A stretch of 64,000 bases of DNA from Methanobacteriota archaeon (GTDB lineage Archaea; Thermoplasmatota; Poseidoniia; Poseidoniales; Poseidoniaceae): positions 39,233 through 103,232 of the forward strand of contig JABJMO010000031.1 of NCBI GenBank assembly GCA_018659375.1. The letters run 5' to 3'. A program made the translations under genes and the position numbers. This document shows positions 49,825-60,108 of the stretch, piece after piece (the first letter of the stretch is position 1; each line of letters begins with the position of its first letter). Below the pieces are notes generated by a model. It worked only from the letters and a program-made list of their open reading frames with translations, ran no database searches and was not told the origin of the DNA.

Positions 49825-50961
49825 TCATACATCAGAGACTCTAATTACTCTAGTTGTCCTATACCCTTGTAACATTTTGACAAATTTGCGTTCTCTAAAT
49901 TCTTGATCTAAATCGCTATCTCCAGTATCTATTCTTACATTAGATAACCCAGTCAATTTTGCCGGTGTTGCTACACCAAGCACTGAACTAATGCCGATTA
50001 GGCGAAGGACGGCTGGTGAAAGTTGAAGGTTGCCTCGGCCGATTAAGAATCCTTGACCACCCATTGGAGAAAGAAGGAGAATTTTGTTACCGGTGTGTTG
50101 CTGTAATATCTCTATTAGTTGCTCTTCATTTAGGTCTGCGTATATTTTATCATCATGTTGAATATCTATTCCTAATAGAGTTAATTCCTGATTAAGTAAA
50201 TCGCCAATCATTCTAAGAGTTCCACCACTCCCCCAAACCACCATCAGATTAGAATCTGCTTCGATTAAATCAGCAATATGGGTGGCTAATCCTTCAATTA
50301 TCTCCTCTTCAGAAGCACGTTCAACTTGTTGTTTGGACCCTTGCATGAATCTGGGACTGGCAGGAGTTAGTGCTTCACCATACATTCTAACTTTCCACTC
50401 CCCGGCTAGATAGATTTCTTCATCTAAATCCATGACTTCTGTTATTGATGACATTAAGTCTCCTATAGCAAAAGAAAACAAAACCTCTGCTGCCGCATTT
50501 GGGGTAGTAGCAAAACAGCCGGAATGCATTTTGACACCTCCTGGCACGCCTATTAATGGTATTTTTTTATCTCCAAGGGCGTTGACTATGTCACGAGTTG
50601 TGCCGTCTCCTCCTGCATACAATATCACATCGACATCATTGTCGATTAGTTGTTGAACTAAATCATTGGTGTTTAGAGCATTTGTCGAGTTTGGAGTTTT
50701 ACCAATTGAATTGTAAGTGAGGCTTGCTAGCCAGTCTCCGCCCATTCTTCCCTCCCAAGTATATATTTCTGGATTTATATTAGCCCTATTTAGTGAAGAG
50801 TTGAGTAACTCATCAAACTTAACGATACATTGAGTCATTCTAGGCCCGGCTCTGTCTTGAGCTCCTGCTTCCCGTGCTTCAACAGCCCTTCCATCACTAC
50901 CTTTGAATCCCAGCCTACCGCCTAGGCCAGCATCGGGGTTGACGACTATGCCGACTCGCAT
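49825..50961 (-). CDS. ATP-NAD kinase family protein
   Basis: VNPDAGLGG..GFKGSDG, AGGDGTTRD, GVPGGVKMHSG, GSGGT, GGQGFLIGRGNLQ, DTGD. Confidence 0.85.
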   Translation of the reverse strand: MRVGIVVNPDAGLGGRLGFKGSDGRAVEAREAGAQDRAGPRMTQCIVKFDELLNSSLNRANINPEIYTWEGRMGGDWLASLTYNSIGKTPNSTNALNTNDLVQQLIDNDVDVILYAGGDGTTRDIVNALGDKKIPLIGVPGGVKMHSGCFATTPNAAAEVLFSFAIGDLMSSITEVMDLDEEIYLAGEWKVRMYGEALTPASPRFMQGSKQQVERASEEEIIEGLATHIADLIEADSNLMVVWGSGGTLRMIGDLLNQELTLLGIDIQHDDKIYADLNEEQLIEILQQHTGNKILLLSPMGGQGFLIGRGNLQLSPAVLRLIGISSVLGVATPAKLTGLSNVRIDTGDSDLDQEFRERKFVKMLQGYRTTRVIRVSDV

Positions 50962-51056
50962 GTTACCGGGTTATCTTAGTACTTCATGAAGGTCTGTGTC
51001 ATCATAGTAGACAAGGAAGCAAAGATTTCATTTGCTATACGGCCATATACACAATT

Positions 51057-51404
51057 ATGGTGAAGAATGACGAAGTACCTGATTTGGATTCGGCGCTTGA
51101 GAAAAGTTTTGCAGAAATGAAAATCGGGGAGGAAAACTTTTCCAATCAGAAGGTTACTGATCAAGACCAAGAAAGTAGTACCCAAGATATCGCTTATGGG
51201 CAAAAGTATTCCTCGGAAAAACATTCTGGGAAAATTATTGTAAAGCCAGTTGTATGTAATAAAAAAATCATTGAACATGGAGTTGAAAGTGAAGACTTAG
51301 TAATTCAAGAAGATTTAGATGAAGTGGTTACCCCTAAACCCAGCACCGTCGTTGTTGATTCACCAACCTCCACAATTGGAGATGATTTTGCTGTTGAGTG
51401 GTAA
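51057..51404 (+). CDS. Hypothetical acidic protein
   Basis: 115-aa ORF with coding-like composition, ending in GDDFAVEW. No family recognised. Confidence 0.65.
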   Translation: MVKNDEVPDLDSALEKSFAEMKIGEENFSNQKVTDQDQESSTQDIAYGQKYSSEKHSGKIIVKPVVCNKKIIEHGVESEDLVIQEDLDEVVTPKPSTVVVDSPTSTIGDDFAVEW

Positions 51405-53618
<2,214 letters not shown>

Positions 53619-53639
53619 TTTTTTCAAGGTTTGATTGAT

Positions 53640-54014
53640 ATGTCCCCACTAAGGAATAAGCGGGTTACTCGGCAAAAACAGCTAGTATATGACTGTGTAA
53701 TTGATAGAAAAGACCATCCATCAGCAAATGAGGTATTCGTTGATTTGCAGAACACTGGTATCGGTCTTGCGACAGTTTATCGCCAGTTATCTGCGATGGT
53801 TGATGAGGGAATTCTAAAGTCGTTTGAGCATTCAGGTCAAATAAGATACGATCGCTTAGTCACTCAACACGCCCATTTTGTTTGCACGGTATGCGATAAA
53901 ATATGGGATGTTGATTTGCCTGAAGATATTTTGTTGATGACTCCAAATGTTTCTGACATCGATGTAGAAGGCTTAGAATTGACTTGGAAAGGTATTTGTA
54001 AAGCATGCAAATAA
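53640..54014 (+). CDS. Fur-family transcriptional repressor, PerR-like
   Basis: RVTRQK, HPSA, LATVYRQL, RYD, HAHFVCTVC, IWD, GICKAC (PerR-type H/D/H/H/D metal site plus Cys4 Zn). Confidence 0.9.
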   Translation: MSPLRNKRVTRQKQLVYDCVIDRKDHPSANEVFVDLQNTGIGLATVYRQLSAMVDEGILKSFEHSGQIRYDRLVTQHAHFVCTVCDKIWDVDLPEDILLMTPNVSDIDVEGLELTWKGICKACK

Positions 54015-54035
54015 TCTTCAAAGGAAGTATTTGTT

Positions 54036-54713
54036 ATGAAAACTGCAGTAATTACCGGGGCAAGTCGCGGTATTGGTTCAGAATTTGTCGTTAGATTATT
54101 GGATAAGGGATGGCGCGTATATGCTGGTTTTAGAAAAGAGATGCATCGGTTGGATTTGATTGAAGATGAAAACCTCATTGTTTGCCAATTAGATGTGACC
54201 GACAATGATTCTATTGAAAGGTTTACCCAGAGAGTAGAACATCATGTTGATTTATTGATTAATAATGCTGGCGTCCCTGATGGTCGCTGGCGTAATATCA
54301 AAGAAATAGATGATCAGTGGGCTCTTGAAGTCATAAATATCAACTCACTTGGACCGGTAAGGTTAGTGCGTTCATTGTACGAAAAAATGGGTGGGAATAG
54401 CCTATCTACTGTTGTCATGATTAGTAGTTTGATGGGCTCTATTGATGATTGTCATTCGGGACGATCTTATGCTTATCGTGCGTCAAAAACCGCATTAAAT
54501 ATGTTCACTGTTGCTATGAAAAAAGAAGCTTTTGAAGATAATATTTCATTCTTAATACTACACCCTGGTTGGGTAAAAACCAGAATGGGTGGAGAAAACG
54601 CGCCTGTTGAAATGAATACTAGTGTTGAGGGGATGATGAAATTAATTCAAGGACATAATCTAGAAGATTCAGGCAGATTTGTTCAGTATGATGGTGTTGA
54701 TTTGCCTTGGTGA
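54036..54713 (+). CDS. Short-chain dehydrogenase/reductase (CsgA/C-factor-like)
   Basis: TGASRGIG, LDVT, NNAG, ISSLMGS, YRASKTALN (YxxxK), HPGWVKTRMGG. Confidence 0.93.
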   Translation: MKTAVITGASRGIGSEFVVRLLDKGWRVYAGFRKEMHRLDLIEDENLIVCQLDVTDNDSIERFTQRVEHHVDLLINNAGVPDGRWRNIKEIDDQWALEVININSLGPVRLVRSLYEKMGGNSLSTVVMISSLMGSIDDCHSGRSYAYRASKTALNMFTVAMKKEAFEDNISFLILHPGWVKTRMGGENAPVEMNTSVEGMMKLIQGHNLEDSGRFVQYDGVDLPW

Positions 54714-55063
54714 AGGAGGCTATACCGCAACTCACTTTAGTGATTAAATCAAAAGCAAAAGATGGTATTGAAACCATGGTTGAAGAAGATAATAATTTGA
54801 TTCAAACACTTTCAATGTTGTGCTCTTTTTACACTGTTGATGATTTATGTTCATTTCTTTATTCTGATAAATTTCAATCAATGGATCATAAATTGTATGA
54901 GTTGGTTTTTGAAATGGGGCTTTATTCCGACCATCAAATAACCTTAGATATTATTCCACGGGGAAGTAAAATGTCTGTTTGTGATTCAAAAAACACAGTC
55001 TGTGATTCTCACCAATCGCTAAAAGTAGTTATTTCAGACTGGTTAGTTGAGGTAACTGGTTAG
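54707..55063 (+). CDS. Hypothetical protein
   Basis: 118-aa ORF overlapping the SDR stop, same strand. No family recognised. Confidence 0.6.
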   Translation: MVKEAIPQLTLVIKSKAKDGIETMVEEDNNLIQTLSMLCSFYTVDDLCSFLYSDKFQSMDHKLYELVFEMGLYSDHQITLDIIPRGSKMSVCDSKNTVCDSHQSLKVVISDWLVEVTG

Positions 55064-55869
55064 AAAAATAATGAGCAGCATGTGAGTGATCCGTCTGCAG
55101 CTCTTATTTCACTAAAGTCTAGTATAATTGTTTCCAAATTTAATTCCTTTAGTGTCGCAAGTACTGATGGATAGCCTTTAGCAACAATGACTTTGTTGTC
55201 TGGTAAACCAATTGTATTGCACCCATAGGTTTCTTCTTCGGGCATCCAAATTACTCGGGAGTTTTCCGGTAATTCGCCAAACGCATCTTTTGGTAAATAT
55301 CCCTCTGGGGCGAGAATTATTTCATCAGTTGGAGTTGATGCTATACTAGTTAGGTGAAGTGCTTTATCTGGAATGTCAATTACTCTAAGTTCGTGTCCTA
55401 AGTGAGAAAGTAAATCTCTTAACTCCTCAATACCTAAATCATTAGTTCTAGTAGAGCGCCCAACAAAAAAGATATCCCCTAAACGAAGTATGTCGCCCCC
55501 ATCCATTCTAGCATCGCCACTCATGCGGCAAATTTGTGCTCCACCCATTTGGCTGACTAAGAAATTAGCAATAGGTGGCTGTTCGGCGACTCTTGATGGA
55601 TGTCCAGGGACTGGGAGTAAGACGTGCCCGTCAACAATTACGGCTTGGTCTTCAACAAATAAGCAATCTGGGTGTTTGTGATCTGCATCAAGCATAGTTA
55701 CTGTTACTCCACATGATTCTAATGCTTCACGATATTGTTGGTGCTGCATACGTGCTAAATCGATATCTTGTGGCCCGCTACCGAAGAATTTAGCTAATGC
55801 TGATTTATATGAATTAGGAATGGCACGGACAAGAGCCCGGGGTTTCTGGTCCAAACGAACCGTTGCCAT
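55060..55869 (-). CDS. Dimethylarginine dimethylaminohydrolase-like (pentein/amidinotransferase superfamily)
   Basis: ARMQH..Y, HPDCLFVED, PSRVAE, DGGDIL, STRTN, LHL, DGSLTCCS (C-terminal catalytic Cys). Confidence 0.88.
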   Translation of the reverse strand: MATVRLDQKPRALVRAIPNSYKSALAKFFGSGPQDIDLARMQHQQYREALESCGVTVTMLDADHKHPDCLFVEDQAVIVDGHVLLPVPGHPSRVAEQPPIANFLVSQMGGAQICRMSGDARMDGGDILRLGDIFFVGRSTRTNDLGIEELRDLLSHLGHELRVIDIPDKALHLTSIASTPTDEIILAPEGYLPKDAFGELPENSRVIWMPEEETYGCNTIGLPDNKVIVAKGYPSVLATLKELNLETIILDFSEIRAADGSLTCCSLFF

Positions 55870-55951
55870 AATGAAATCCCGAAGTTGTCCCCTCTTAATG
55901 CTTAGCCCAATAATGGAAACTCGTTCCCATATAGTGAAAAATGCGCGTTTT

Positions 55952-56629
55952 TTACGGTTTTTCGGCTTCTTCGACCAGAGTCAATATGTCTTCTTTGACC
56001 AAATCAATAATCCAATCAAAGTCGCCCCACCAGATTCTTTGATTACCTTCATGATCAATCAATACAGTTCCAGTGGAATGGTCTATGTTGTAATCTGTTG
56101 CTGAAGGGTGGTGTCTTCCTGAGGTGTTGGTTTCGGACTGGTTTTCTTCGATTTTAAACCCGACACCAAAGTCACCCCATACCTTGTTCAACGTCTTCAT
56201 CTCTTCAGAGTTTACATCAGTATTTGACACTGTTAAGTGGGTCCAATTCGATTTGGTTCGTGTTTTCCATTCATCCATTATCGTAGTATTATCGCGCCAT
56301 GGGTCGACTGTTATAGTAATGAATTCGATTAATTCTTGTTGTGACTCATTTAGGCTTTCAGAAATATATCTCATATTGTAGGTTACTATCGGGCAAATAT
56401 CGTAGCAGTTAGTGAATAAAAAGGCAATTACTGTTACCTTACCTGCTGTGTTATTTTTAAAATTGTAAGTCTCATTATCGCTTGTTAGTAAATTAAAGTC
56501 ATCGGTTAATTTTACTGGGCTGACTAAATCGCCGTGAAACTTTGATTCGTATTCTTCACTAGACCCACCAAGGCAACCTGATGAAAACATCATTAGACAA
56601 ACCAATAAAGCCAAGGATTTTTTCTGCAT
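55952..56629 (-). CDS. SCO1/SenC family copper chaperone lipoprotein
   Basis: Lipobox-like FSSGC, FLFTNCYDICP (CxxxC), ITVDPWRD, IDHS (conserved His). Confidence 0.93.
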   Translation of the reverse strand: MQKKSLALLVCLMMFSSGCLGGSSEEYESKFHGDLVSPVKLTDDFNLLTSDNETYNFKNNTAGKVTVIAFLFTNCYDICPIVTYNMRYISESLNESQQELIEFITITVDPWRDNTTIMDEWKTRTKSNWTHLTVSNTDVNSEEMKTLNKVWGDFGVGFKIEENQSETNTSGRHHPSATDYNIDHSTGTVLIDHEGNQRIWWGDFDWIIDLVKEDILTLVEEAEKP

Positions 56630-56638
56630 TTTTATCCC

Positions 56639-58429
56639 TCAGACAGTAGTCCCTAAATATGGTCTGTCGATGTCTAATTGCATCACATATAACCCAGTGG
56701 AAATACAAGAGGCATAAGTGATACCATTATGATGTTCTACAGCCCATAAAAAGGGCACCCAAGAGAACTCATAGAAATCTGATTCCAAAATTACTCCGTC
56801 ATCGCCGTGAGGAAGATACCATGCTACTGTTGCTTCAGCGTAGGTACCAAATTTATCATCTGGATTGGTTGGAGAAACTAGTGTTTCAATGTCCAATACC
56901 CAAAGCCCTGCGTGATAGTGTGATATGTATAGACGTCCATCCCAACCACCACCGTGGCTTTGGTCAGTGTTCTCATCGGTTTCAAAATATGCGCTGTCAA
57001 GATTGTGTGGTGAAAATAATAGCCACTCATCTCCATCTGGATTGATTGGGCAGTCTGCGCCATAACAGTGATCTTCAGCCCAAGGAATTTCCCAGTCCCG
57101 AACAAGTTTTGGTTCAAATCTTAACTGACCGTCAATCATTGTGTAATCGGTTGTATCTAATAGGTAAATTATTCCAGTACCAACTGAAGTAGAAAGAACC
57201 TCGACTGCAGCAGTAGTCAAATGAACTGGTTCATCTGAGTAGCCAACGTGGGATAAATCTAACATTTCTGGATAAGGTTCAGCGTAGTGGATATAGGAAA
57301 CTCTTCCACCGTTTTCATTACCAGTTGTTCCACTATCTGGTTGGCCGTCTTCATCCAAATCCAGGAAGTCCATCCACATACCTACTTCTTCAGCGCGCCA
57401 ACGACATTGTACTGGGTTGCCAAAACCAGTCTTACATAGAGTGGCGTGAACAGTATATTCTTCTGGTGACTTCACTGGATGGGGTACATCTGTTACATCG
57501 GCAATTCTCAAACCTGCTTCCCAATAGCTTCCATAGATGAATGTGCGGCCGTATCTTGGATCGGTTTGATCTTCTCCTGGCCATAATTGAACAGTCATAT
57601 CGTGAATGTAAATCCAGCCACCGCGAGTATGTTCCCAAGCGACTTCATATTCTCCAACTTTAATGATTGTATGACCTTGTCCAGAACCAGGAACACCGGG
57701 GAGGTTTCTGGCTGCTGAACCATCAAGATTCATGTGAGCAATAGTAACTCCACCACAAGCTTCGTCGATAGCATCATTACAAGCTTCATAATCAGGGTTA
57801 GCCACGAATAGATACCACTCTCCGTCAATCATGTGAGTGTATAGGTTATGTGGCCCGCTTGGATGGTCTACGTCATACCAAGAATCAATATACGTTGGAT
57901 TTGTTTTATCGGTTACATCAATTAAAGTGACTGATACTTGGGCTGGGTCGCTCCATTCCCCAACATTTGGGTCTGCATAGCCTGGATCGATTAGTTGGTT
58001 TTGCTGAACAATATATTCCCTGCCATTATATTCAATATATTTGACATCCAGAACTTGGGTGTTTGGATCAACATATTTTCCAACAACTGTTGTGTTGTTG
58101 GGGTCTGTTACGTCAACAATATGCATGTCGTTCCAACCGGCTAAATAGGCATATGTTTGACCATCTGGAGTTGTAGCAACTTGCACTTCCGCATTACCGT
58201 TGGTAGTTAATGGATTGAAGTCTAGTTGCTCAATATTATCAGTGCCGACCATGTGTTGTGATGCATTAGCATGATCGTGTCCTTCGTTTTGGAACAATGG
58301 GTCTTCACTGTCAAAAATTATTGAATTTATCTGATTATTTGGGGCTTCTTCACCCGAAAAAACATACATTGCACTAGATACCATCAAGAGTACTAGAAAG
58401 AAGGTGAGTGCTAACTCCTTGCCCCGCAT
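56639..58429 (-). CDS. Secreted LVIVD-repeat beta-propeller protein, His-rich
   Basis: N-terminal signal/TM. Repeats MHIVDVTDP, TLIDVTDKTNP, GLRIADVTD, YLLDTTD, GLWVLDIET, GLYVMQL. Confidence 0.85.
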   Translation of the reverse strand: MRGKELALTFFLVLLMVSSAMYVFSGEEAPNNQINSIIFDSEDPLFQNEGHDHANASQHMVGTDNIEQLDFNPLTTNGNAEVQVATTPDGQTYAYLAGWNDMHIVDVTDPNNTTVVGKYVDPNTQVLDVKYIEYNGREYIVQQNQLIDPGYADPNVGEWSDPAQVSVTLIDVTDKTNPTYIDSWYDVDHPSGPHNLYTHMIDGEWYLFVANPDYEACNDAIDEACGGVTIAHMNLDGSAARNLPGVPGSGQGHTIIKVGEYEVAWEHTRGGWIYIHDMTVQLWPGEDQTDPRYGRTFIYGSYWEAGLRIADVTDVPHPVKSPEEYTVHATLCKTGFGNPVQCRWRAEEVGMWMDFLDLDEDGQPDSGTTGNENGGRVSYIHYAEPYPEMLDLSHVGYSDEPVHLTTAAVEVLSTSVGTGIIYLLDTTDYTMIDGQLRFEPKLVRDWEIPWAEDHCYGADCPINPDGDEWLLFSPHNLDSAYFETDENTDQSHGGGWDGRLYISHYHAGLWVLDIETLVSPTNPDDKFGTYAEATVAWYLPHGDDGVILESDFYEFSWVPFLWAVEHHNGITYASCISTGLYVMQLDIDRPYLGTTV

Positions 58430-58501
58430 GTTAATGCCGATACTAATGCCCGTTTTGACTTTATGTGATGATGGTTTAGCCTAAAATAGCGGGGAATTGA
58501 T

Positions 58502-59155
58502 ATGCGGATAGTAGCGTTGTTAGTTGTAACTATGATGATGGTGCCTTGTTTAGCCGTTCAAGCACATACTCCAAACGTTATGATGAGTATTTTGAAAGAA
58601 GAGGGCCCTGTTCCAGAAGATGTTGTAGAAACAGCCAGCCTTGTCGAAGGTGATGGTATCAAGTTCAAAGTAGGTGATTCTACTAACAATACTAGTATGA
58701 GAGTTAGTATTGATATTGATGGTAATGGTATGTTTAATGACAGTATTGATTTTATTTCCCCTTGGATGGTTTTTGATTGCGTTTATGATGAAAATGGTAC
58801 ATTATTAGATGAAAATTGTTCGGAATCTGTAGTATTTTATTTCAATGGCACAAATGGGTCTGGAATATATGATTATCAATTAGAAAGAATGGTTAATAGC
58901 AGCCATACAAATGTTTGGATTAACACAATTTTTGTCGGAATGGATGACCATAGTGAGTCTGGATTACCAAGTGTTGGAGACTGTTTTGGTGCTGGTTGTG
59001 AAGAAGATATTACTCAGTCAACTGAAAACACAGATGAAGGATATGACAAATATATTCCACTGTTGATGGTTGTTTCTGCGATTGGATTACTTGGTGTCGC
59101 TATTAGTATGATTACTGAAGAAAAAGAAGAAGTGAAATCTAGTGAAGAAGAGTAA
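58502..59155 (+). CDS. Secreted, C-terminally anchored protein; possible cupredoxin-like fold with N-terminal His
   Basis: Signal peptide ending AVQA|H, beta-rich body (GDGIKF, GIYDY, TIFV), Cys pairs, C-terminal TM YIPLLMVVSAIGLLGVAI. Confidence 0.7.
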   Translation: MRIVALLVVTMMMVPCLAVQAHTPNVMMSILKEEGPVPEDVVETASLVEGDGIKFKVGDSTNNTSMRVSIDIDGNGMFNDSIDFISPWMVFDCVYDENGTLLDENCSESVVFYFNGTNGSGIYDYQLERMVNSSHTNVWINTIFVGMDDHSESGLPSVGDCFGAGCEEDITQSTENTDEGYDKYIPLLMVVSAIGLLGVAISMITEEKEEVKSSEEE

Positions 59156-59205
59156 CTTGATTATGCAGTAGAAGTATTAATTGACTAAGCCTTAATCCAA
59201 GACAC

Positions 59206-59874
59206 ATGCACGAATTAATCTACTTTGAATCACCTGGATATGCTGAGCCTACTAGACTTTGTTTGGAGTTGTCTGGACTACCATGGAAAAATACCACTGT
59301 TGAATGGGATGGTTACCAAGAATTGAAAAATAACGGTGAGTTGCCTTGGGGATACTTGCCAGTATTGAAAACTCCCAGTGGAACAATTGCCGAATCTGGG
59401 GCGTTAATGCGCTATGCTGCTTCAATAGCTGGACTAGAGCCTGAGGATCTTTACATGAGAGGAAAGGTTGATGAAATTATCGAGTTGATTAATGGGTGGA
59501 GGGTGTATTTTACCCCAACATTTTACATTGAAGATATTGAGGAAAAAGCTGCTGCGAGAAAGGCGTTGTTTGCTGAAGGTGGTAAAATTGATTTGGGATT
59601 AAGAGACTTAGAGTCGTTGATTAAGTCTTCAACTACGGGCTGGGTTGCCAACACCGAGAATATTAGTCTGGCAGATGTCAAGGCCTTTCTCAATATTTTC
59701 ATGATGTTTTCTGGACAGTTTGATGGTATTGATGCTTCAATGATTCAGCCATATCCAGCACTCCTTGAATATCACAATCATGTTGCTAATGAACCTAGAA
59801 TTAAATCATATTATGATAGAGATGATGAGTTACGCTGGGTATTCAAACCAGGGGCTTTCGATAATAATAATTGA
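59206..59874 (+). CDS. Glutathione S-transferase family protein (Tyr-type, sigma-class-like)
   Basis: LIYF...AEPTRL, LPWGYLPVL (cis-Pro), AESGALMRY, KVDEI, ISLADV (N-cap motif), YPAL. Confidence 0.88.
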   Translation: MHELIYFESPGYAEPTRLCLELSGLPWKNTTVEWDGYQELKNNGELPWGYLPVLKTPSGTIAESGALMRYAASIAGLEPEDLYMRGKVDEIIELINGWRVYFTPTFYIEDIEEKAAARKALFAEGGKIDLGLRDLESLIKSSTTGWVANTENISLADVKAFLNIFMMFSGQFDGIDASMIQPYPALLEYHNHVANEPRIKSYYDRDDELRWVFKPGAFDNNN

Positions 59875-60108
59875 ATTTGTATGTACTAGCCTTCAATAAT
59901 TGGGCACATTTCATCTTGGTCGCAATAAATTATCGAATTGGCCCATAAATATTTATTTCTAATTTTTTTCACTCGCTTATTCTTGCAATATATTTTAGTT
60001 GATACAACAATCATATTCTCAATTATATATTGTCCATGGTACTAGATAAATCAATTGATTGATTTGTTAGCAAATGACCGATGGGTTGAGAAATAGGATA
60101 GAATAGCG

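Noticed and set aside
56067..56078. GTTCCAGTGGAA, resembling an archaeal ORB (origin recognition box) core
   Set aside because: Single copy inside the SCO coding region (encodes HSTGT on the minus strand), with no G-string, no adjacent cdc6 and no AT-rich unwinding element.
59886..60014. 42-aa minus-strand ORF (MIVVSTKIYCKNKRVKKIRNKYLWANSIIYCDQDEMCPIIEG) in an AT-rich spacer
   Set aside because: Composition mirrors AT-rich non-coding DNA, there is no recognisable motif, and it is antisense to both neighbours.
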